DNA of 32,000 bases, from positions 2,610,001-2,642,000 of the forward strand of contig NC_010655.1 of assembly GCF_000020225.1 (NCBI RefSeq), written 5' to 3'. The notes beneath the pieces were generated by a model. That model did no database searches, was not told the DNA's origin, and saw nothing but the letters and a program-made list of their open reading frames with translations. Below, piece by piece: positions 25,987-32,000 of this stretch. Within the stretch, counting starts at the first letter, position 1. Each line of letters opens with the position of its first letter. Both the position numbers and the translations under genes were made by a program. Source of the stretch: Akkermansia muciniphila ATCC BAA-835. GTDB taxonomy: Bacteria; Verrucomicrobiota; Verrucomicrobiia; Verrucomicrobiales; Akkermansiaceae.

Positions 25987-26284
25987 GCTCCTTTCCCGTT
26001 CCGGAAATGCCACGGAATGGCGGTGGAACACAAATTTTTGGCACAGGTTTCTGCAGACGGCAGAAAATAATGCGTGCGAAGCGGACGCGATTTTTTAAAG
26101 CGCCCCTGCCTGTTTCAAAGGAAGCAATGCTTTTGTAATTCGAGTATTTTGTACAAACAGCCGCCCGTCCGGTTGCGGTACGGGCACGCGGCGCTCCCCA
26201 GCCGGGCATGCCCCGCCGGACCGTATAGATTTCTCAAAAAACGGAAGCTGGAACGGAATTTTTTTCAGAAAGGACGTACCTAAG

Positions 26285-29200
26285 TTATTCCCGAGTCACT
26301 TTCAACCGCAAAAACCGGCGTTCCATCCCGCTTTCCCGTACGGGTTCCGCATCCCAAAATTCGGCAGCCGTCTTTCCGGCGGTTTCCACTTCTCCCAGGG
26401 AAATCCAGTCGACCAGGTCCGTGGAGGCTTCCACTTCATGCTTCACATCCGTTGCCTGCGGATTTACAGGCCAGCGCAGCACCAGATGCATGCATCCGTC
26501 CTCCCCCTCTTCCAGCGTTACTTTCGTAACGCTCCCGCAGGGTTTCAACGGATCCTGTCCTGTGGCGTATTTCATCAGGTTGGGGATACCGTCCCCGGCA
26601 GGAACGGCATCCGCAGCCGTCCGGTCCGCGGCAGCATCCGGAGGGAAGGAGTCCTGCACCCACTTGTCGTAGCCCGTCAATTCGGCGCCATCCTGCGTTA
26701 TGATGACAGAGCATTCCTGTTTGTCGGAAGAACGGAAGATTACCGTCCCGAACCGTCCGTCAGCGGATTTGTTTTCCGCCGCCGTCAAAATGACTGTAGT
26801 CCGGCCGATTCCCGAAACGGTAGAGGCGGAAATCCAGTCCGGACAATCTGCGACCACCCAGCCCAGAGCCTTCTCTTCCGACTGCACTTCCACCGCCACG
26901 GCACCGCCCCCGGCCGGGACGGTTTCCCCCGCAGAAGAAAGGGCAAAGGGGGCCGGAGTATCCGGATAAGCGGTGGAGGAAACATAACGGTTGGCGGCCC
27001 GAAGCAGGCAGCATTCGTCAAAGTAGTTGTTCTTCCCAGAGGAATCCGCCACATCCATTCCCAAATCCCAGTACATGAACCCAGCCACTTTCTGTTCACT
27101 GATGTAGCGGGCCTTTTTCCTGACCGTATCCACACCATTGAAGTGCAGCGTCTTAACCTTGCCTCCGCCATAATTGAAGCTGGCGGAATCCAGAGAAGGA
27201 TCCTCCCGAACTCCGGCGCAGGCTGAGACAATGTCCCGGTAAGCCCGGATATCGGCGCCCTGCCCCGCGCCCGGAGTCCCCTGGAACGGAGCGCTGAGCA
27301 TGATCTTGGAGTCCGGATAGCCCCATGAACGGTATGTTCCGCATGCGGAAACCATGCTGCTATATCCGTTTACATCAATCTGGGGGCCATAATTCTGGAA
27401 CGTGAAATAATCCACATAACGCATGCAGGCCGCCGGGAATTTGTAATAGTAGGTATGCAGGGAAATGGTAAAAAACATATCCGGGGAAGCCGCCCGGATA
27501 GCCCTGGCCAATTCTCCGTAATTATTCCAGGCGGCCGTATCGTTCTGGTCAATCCATTCGAAGTCCAGATCCAGTCCGTCCAATTGATGCTTGCGTACCA
27601 CTTCCGCCACATTTTCGGCAAAAGCCTCACGGGCATTTGCATCAGACAGCATGGCGGACCAGTTCCCGCCGGAGACACCCAGCCGTATCCGCATTCCGGA
27701 AACGCCTTCAGTCAGCCTGCGGAGGATACGGACATGTTCCACCCAGGAAGCTGTATCATGGCCAAATTGGTCACTTGTCCCCCAGCGGCCCACCAACAAC
27801 CTGTCTCCCCAGCTGTGCTGGACAGCCGCCCCCAGGCGGGCCGCCGCACGGGCCTCATGCCACACGCGCATTTCATCAATTCTGCCATCCAAATTCCTTC
27901 CTATGACGGCATTGGCAGTTCCCTCCATTTCCCCCGCATCCGCGGCGGCCGTGCTTACGGCCTCCCCGTCCACATAAAAGGACGCCGTATCCGCAGAAGA
28001 ATTCCTGACGAAGGCCAGCCAGAAATACCTGCCGGCTTCCACAGGCGGCAAATCCGCCTCCCAGGCTTTATCCGGGCCTGCCTGGGTACGGACCCTGTAA
28101 TGGTCTTCCTTCCATTCCAGCCTCATGGAAACGTTATCATTTTCAAACAGCACCGCCTCCTGTCCGTCTCCGTCCAAAGCCATGCGGACTTCCACGGTAA
28201 ACGCTCCGGAACTGCCGCCGCCCAGCAAACCTCCGCCCACGTTCATGTAAGCCCCTTCCCCGGAGAAGTCCAGGACATTGGAACATTCCCCGTCAGACGG
28301 CAGCAGAACCACACCGGAGCTTTCCGTCACGTCATTGTCCGGATATTGAAAATTGAGAGAACCGTCCGCGGCCGGCGTAACGGAATTGATGTAGATCAAA
28401 TCGGAATTATTGATGAGATGGGCGCGCGCCGGCCAGTCATAAATAACATGCACATTCCTCACATACGCCGTCACCAGCATGTAACGGAACGTTTCATTAT
28501 CCGTGACAATGGAAAATTCAGTCCCTTCAGGGGCAACCGCCTGGTAAGGGCGCACAAAGGCGCTCCCTGTCTTTTCCGCAAATTCCGTCCACTTGGCATC
28601 ACGGAAATCCCCATCCAGACGCCAGCAGCCCACCAGCCTCCCATACCTGGGATGGGACAGGGGCAACGGTCCGTTCAAGAAAAAGTCGTCTTCCTCCCCG
28701 CCCAGAGCCGCATTCCAGAAACGCAGTTCATCCAGAGCACCCTTGAACCCCGCCTCCAGCACAATCCCTTTCCAGCCTGATTTCATGGCCTGCAGGTAAG
28801 GCGACCGCGGCGAGGAAACGGCCAGGCCTCCGTCCACATACAGACTGATAACCTCCTCCCCGACGGAGACGGCTACATGGTGCCATTCCCCCGCAGCCAA
28901 TTCCTTCCCGGCAGCTTTCACGGAAGCGACGGAATCCCCATCCGGAGCAGACAGAGCCAGACAACCGTGTTCCAGGGAAACAGACGCATTTCCCAAAGAA
29001 ATGATTTTTCCCGTGACGGCATCATCATTGGGCCTGACCCAGAATTCACAGGTTAACTGGCCTTCAGCCGCCCATGTGGAAGAAGGAACGGGGAACGCAA
29101 GAGAAGAAGGAAGAAAAATGAGCGCCTTATTGTGCAAGACGCTGACAGGCCGGGGATCCGGAACTTCCGGAGCCGGGGAATCGTCCGTACTGACGGTAAC

Positions 29201-29986
29201 GGCATTCAGTTCCATGCGGCCGGAAGCGCTGCTGTCCGCCTCCTTGGTCACATCAAACACCAGCCTGCCCTGTTCATCCGCACAGGCCCTCCACTCCACA
29301 GCCAGATAAGCGTCCTGTTCCGATGAATTGGAAAGACCGGAAAATTGATTCCCGGAAAGGCTCCCCATGGAACTTTGAAGCCCCCGCACATCCACCAGAG
29401 TTCCGCTGACCAGCGTCATGGATTCATAAGCAGGCGCATTGTGCCCGCAAAAGAAAGATACCGTATATTCCTTGCCCGCCTGGAATCCGGAGAAGGAAAG
29501 CCTGGCCGCGGCGGAGGCGGACGGCATCCCGTTGGCGCTCAGACGCATGCTGGTATTGAAAGCTTCGCAGCCATTGGGGAATTCAAAAGAAGAAGGCGCG
29601 TCAGCGTTCGTACCGTTGTGCCTGTGCTTCCCCCCTTCATACCAGGTATACCGGGTATTGGGTTCCGCCAGCGTATAAGAACCTCCAGAACTGCATCTGG
29701 CGGAGACGGTCAGGGAAACCAGCCTTCCGAACAGGCTTCCCACTGCCACGGACGAAGAAGAAGAAGCCGCACCATTCCTGATTAACGGAACGGCAACAAA
29801 TGTATTGGCGCCTCCCGATGCCGTTGCTGGCATGGTTACATTGGTCCATCCCTCCTGCGCCGTTCCGGAACCATTACCCAGGTCTATGCCGAAGCCGGAC
29901 GTCTCCGCCGCCTGCAGGACACAGACGCCTCCCGCAAAAAACGCTGTCAGCAAATGGGCTGCCCTCTTGAAAAACACCTTAACCAT
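26285..29986 (-). CDS. Large secreted multidomain glycosidase: two LamG/concanavalin-like modules, a GH18 catalytic domain, a BACON-like domain and a C-terminal beta-rich domain
   Basis: The GH18 DxxDxDxE motif is DGLDLDFEW at 27554-27580. LamG-type LDELRFWNAAL and IDEMRVWHEARA are present. The BACON-like segment is CPDWISASTVSGIGRTTVILTAAENKSADGRFGTVIF. I prefer start MVKVFFKRAAHLLTAFFAGGVCVLQA (ATG 29986) over the track start at 30118. Confidence 0.85.
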   Translation of the reverse strand: MVKVFFKRAAHLLTAFFAGGVCVLQAAETSGFGIDLGNGSGTAQEGWTNVTMPATASGGANTFVAVPLIRNGAASSSSSVAVGSLFGRLVSLTVSARCSSGGSYTLAEPNTRYTWYEGGKHRHNGTNADAPSSFEFPNGCEAFNTSMRLSANGMPSASAAARLSFSGFQAGKEYTVSFFCGHNAPAYESMTLVSGTLVDVRGLQSSMGSLSGNQFSGLSNSSEQDAYLAVEWRACADEQGRLVFDVTKEADSSASGRMELNAVTVSTDDSPAPEVPDPRPVSVLHNKALIFLPSSLAFPVPSSTWAAEGQLTCEFWVRPNDDAVTGKIISLGNASVSLEHGCLALSAPDGDSVASVKAAGKELAAGEWHHVAVSVGEEVISLYVDGGLAVSSPRSPYLQAMKSGWKGIVLEAGFKGALDELRFWNAALGGEEDDFFLNGPLPLSHPRYGRLVGCWRLDGDFRDAKWTEFAEKTGSAFVRPYQAVAPEGTEFSIVTDNETFRYMLVTAYVRNVHVIYDWPARAHLINNSDLIYINSVTPAADGSLNFQYPDNDVTESSGVVLLPSDGECSNVLDFSGEGAYMNVGGGLLGGGSSGAFTVEVRMALDGDGQEAVLFENDNVSMRLEWKEDHYRVRTQAGPDKAWEADLPPVEAGRYFWLAFVRNSSADTASFYVDGEAVSTAAADAGEMEGTANAVIGRNLDGRIDEMRVWHEARAAARLGAAVQHSWGDRLLVGRWGTSDQFGHDTASWVEHVRILRRLTEGVSGMRIRLGVSGGNWSAMLSDANAREAFAENVAEVVRKHQLDGLDLDFEWIDQNDTAAWNNYGELARAIRAASPDMFFTISLHTYYYKFPAACMRYVDYFTFQNYGPQIDVNGYSSMVSACGTYRSWGYPDSKIMLSAPFQGTPGAGQGADIRAYRDIVSACAGVREDPSLDSASFNYGGGKVKTLHFNGVDTVRKKARYISEQKVAGFMYWDLGMDVADSSGKNNYFDECCLLRAANRYVSSTAYPDTPAPFALSSAGETVPAGGGAVAVEVQSEEKALGWVVADCPDWISASTVSGIGRTTVILTAAENKSADGRFGTVIFRSSDKQECSVIITQDGAELTGYDKWVQDSFPPDAAADRTAADAVPAGDGIPNLMKYATGQDPLKPCGSVTKVTLEEGEDGCMHLVLRWPVNPQATDVKHEVEASTDLVDWISLGEVETAGKTAAEFWDAEPVRESGMERRFLRLKVTRE

Positions 29987-30136
29987 AAATACCGTCCGCC
30001 ATTTTATCCGTCCCTGTCCATCAAACCAGAAAAAACTGCGTGGAAAACGGATAAAAAAGAGGGGATGAACCATCCCCCCTTCGCACAAAACCGGCTTGGA
30101 CACAGCCTGTCCGGTCAATCACCTGTATGACCGTCA

Positions 30137-30835
30137 TCAGTTTCTGCGGCGGCGCAGAAGAAGGGCGCCCAGGCCAAGAAGTCCCAGAGAGGCCGTAGCC
30201 GGTTCCGGAACAACTTCTCCCAAAAGGCGTATATTGGTAATATCAGCGGCCATTCCAGCGCCAGCTCCCAATGTTGACGTTTCCATAGAGTTGAATATCA
30301 ATCCATAAGACGCATATTCATCCGTTCCGCTCAAATCCAAGCTAATGGAAAAGGAAGAGGGAGTGTTCGTCAGGTTCGTCTTGGCGTTTTCCAATGTCCA
30401 CGTTCCTATGACCGTAGATTCTCCATCATCCGAGAAACCATAAACATTGCAAATATATTTGCATTCAAAATTCCCAAGGGAACCACCCCAAGAAGAAGTT
30501 TTGGCAATATCAAACTGCAGGGAGGCGGAAGCCGCCCCAGACGGCATGTCAAATTTGAGTCCGGCAAAATTTCCTCCGGCATTATTGGAGGCCACGGCTC
30601 CGATTTGCAACCTGAGGACTCCTTCGTCAAACCCTACCTGACCACTTAAACTACTGCTTTCCCAAGTCCCGTGCCATTCCCCGACATTATAACCGAAGAC
30701 GTTTTGAGGAGTGATCCCGGAAGAAGAAACACCTGTAGTCCCAGAACCCGTCGGGGACAGGTCAATGGAAAACGAAGAAGCATGAACCATAGGAACCAAC
30801 GCCAAAACCGCCAAGAGACACAATGTTTTTCTCAT
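30137..30835 (-). CDS. PEP-CTERM sorting-domain protein
   Basis: The C-terminus VPEPATASLGLLGLGALLLRRRRN has the PEP motif, a TM helix and an Arg cluster. The signal peptide is MRKTLCLLAVLALVPMVHA (ATG 30835). Confidence 0.8.
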   Translation of the reverse strand: MRKTLCLLAVLALVPMVHASSFSIDLSPTGSGTTGVSSSGITPQNVFGYNVGEWHGTWESSSLSGQVGFDEGVLRLQIGAVASNNAGGNFAGLKFDMPSGAASASLQFDIAKTSSWGGSLGNFECKYICNVYGFSDDGESTVIGTWTLENAKTNLTNTPSSFSISLDLSGTDEYASYGLIFNSMETSTLGAGAGMAADITNIRLLGEVVPEPATASLGLLGLGALLLRRRRN

Positions 30836-31164
30836 AACAATCCGTTCCATATCGGATTTAGAATCCGGTGTCAACATAAAAGAATCAAAAAATGTAGATA
30901 AATGAATCTGTTACCATGTTTTTTCCTCCAGTCCCGAACGGGAAAGAAAACGAATTGTCCCCTCCGTCCATTATGGAAACACAAAAAGGAGGAAAAACAA
31001 AGCCTCTCTCAATGAAAATAATTTTTAGATTAATTATTAACGCATTACATACATGATGAACTGAAATGCCAATGACCGGATTATTTTTTGTACCGAAAAT
31101 TTTTCATCCTTTGCATTCGCAATGCGGATTCTAAATCCGCCTAAAAAAGGATAGAATTTTATAT

Positions 31165-31200
31165 ACAAAAAGGCGCAGGCATTTTGGACGCCTGCGCCTT
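31165..31200 (-). terminator. Rho-independent terminator of the oxidoreductase gene
   Basis: ggcgcaggc (31172-31180) pairs with gcctgcgcc (31190-31198). On the minus strand it is followed by a T-run (plus-strand aaaaa at 31167-31171). Confidence 0.7.
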
Positions 31201-31228
31201 TTCCTCTCCCTCAAGGAGGAAAACCGCA

Positions 31229-32000
31229 TCAATAATTCAGGATGCCTTCCGCGACCTTGCGTTCGAAGTCAGCAACATCCACCACCTGCCCGCTCAGCCG
31301 GGCGTGTTCCGTGGCAAAGGCCATCACATGGGAATGGGCGGATTCCTCAATGGAAGTGGTCATATCCTCCGGAGAGGGCACCGTCAGCATGTCATCATAC
31401 AGAGCCTCAATCAATCCCCAGTCGCCGCCGCCGTGCCCTTGGTAGCCTCCGGCCAGTTCCTCCAGCTCCACCACGCGGGTTTTCCCGCCAAAGTGGGGCG
31501 TCACGGTTATTTCACCGGGGCCGTTTTCCTTGTAGAAGACTCCGGCTCGGATTTTGCCTTTGGTGCCATACACTTCAATGTGGCGCCCCTGTTCGAAAGC
31601 CGTCATCGTGAACGTGCCTGTCAAGCCTCCCTCAAAGCGCATGATGGAAACCTGATGGTCCGGCTGGTCATTGTCGCACTGGAGGTAGTCCCTGCCCCAC
31701 GGGGAGGTTTTCAGCCATTCGCAGATTTCCTCCGCGGTAGCTTCCTGCGCCCGGTCATACACCATGCCCAGCCAGCGTTTGCATTCGTCGTCCGTGGCGT
31801 ATTTGCGGGCGTCCCAGGGGTCTTCCCCCACCGGGGTGGTCCACTCCGTGCAGCGTTCCGGCCGGGGTGAGGAGAGCGTCTTTTTCGTAAAGAAGGTAAG
31901 CTCCCCGAAGCTGGCGACGGAAAGGCATTTACGCCGGCCCATGAGCCAGTAGAGGATATCCATGTCATGGCAGCATTTGGCAACGATCATGGGAGTGGAG
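31229..32000 (-). CDS. Gfo/Idh/MocA family oxidoreductase. Partial: the N-terminal Rossmann domain is off-window.
   Basis: The C-terminal domain pattern is CCHDMDILYWLMG. The frame stays open upstream of M31990 to the window edge. Confidence 0.8.
   Translation of the reverse strand, partial: STPMIVAKCCHDMDILYWLMGRRKCLSVASFGELTFFTKKTLSSPRPERCTEWTTPVGEDPWDARKYATDDECKRWLGMVYDRAQEATAEEICEWLKTSPWGRDYLQCDNDQPDHQVSIMRFEGGLTGTFTMTAFEQGRHIEVYGTKGKIRAGVFYKENGPGEITVTPHFGGKTRVVELEELAGGYQGHGGGDWGLIEALYDDMLTVPSPEDMTTSIEESAHSHVMAFATEHARLSGQVVDVADFERKVAEGILNY

Noticed and set aside
31095-31140. Two short hairpins (gcatt-cgc-aatgc and gcggatt-cta-aatccgc) upstream of the PEP-CTERM operon, as possible operator or terminator sites.
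   Set aside because: The stems are 5-7 bp with 3-nt loops and have no T-run on either strand. I cannot tell them apart from chance in an AT-rich spacer.
1-32000. CRISPR arrays, rRNA or tRNA genes, and IS elements, transposases or integrases.
   Set aside because: I saw no regularly spaced repeats, no conserved RNA gene motifs and no DDE or tyrosine-recombinase-like ORFs on either strand.

Overview
High-GC (about 55-60%) bacterial chromosome. The gene content fits a mucin-degrading Verrucomicrobiota genome, Akkermansia-like: GH20 and GH18 glycosidases, a PEP-CTERM protein and a Sel1-repeat protein. This taxon call is inference only. Housekeeping genes flank a roughly 9 kb accessory island at about 10.4-19.3 kb. 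On the left are class I fumarase, queD, ffh, nadA and a MidA/NDUFAF7-like methyltransferase. On the right are nuoB, nuoC, a mini-RNase III-like gene and a MenE-like ligase. The island holds a 1912-aa RHS/YD-repeat polymorphic toxin (10771-16509). Its conserved core ends at the DPxGL-type cleavage motif (DALGL, 15973-15987). Exactly there, GC falls from about 60% to about 30% (hand counts). What follows is a 173-aa C-terminal domain with no motif I recognise, then 6 nt later a 266-aa low-GC ORF with a signal-peptide-like N-terminus, which I take to be the immunity protein. Downstream lie two decayed copies of the RHS core 3' region, each followed by a small ORF (one signal-peptide-like, one small membrane protein). 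This is the usual signature of serial toxin-tip displacement with retained orphan immunity genes. I consider the toxin tip plus immunity pair (15988-17316) the best candidate for an undescribed system. The second notable signal is a 20-nt poly-G tract (959-978) inside the 5' end of a minus-strand acyltransferase-3 gene that is absent from the supplied ORF track. It is a candidate slipped-strand phase-variation switch. I found no rRNA, tRNA, CRISPR array, transposase or integrase.
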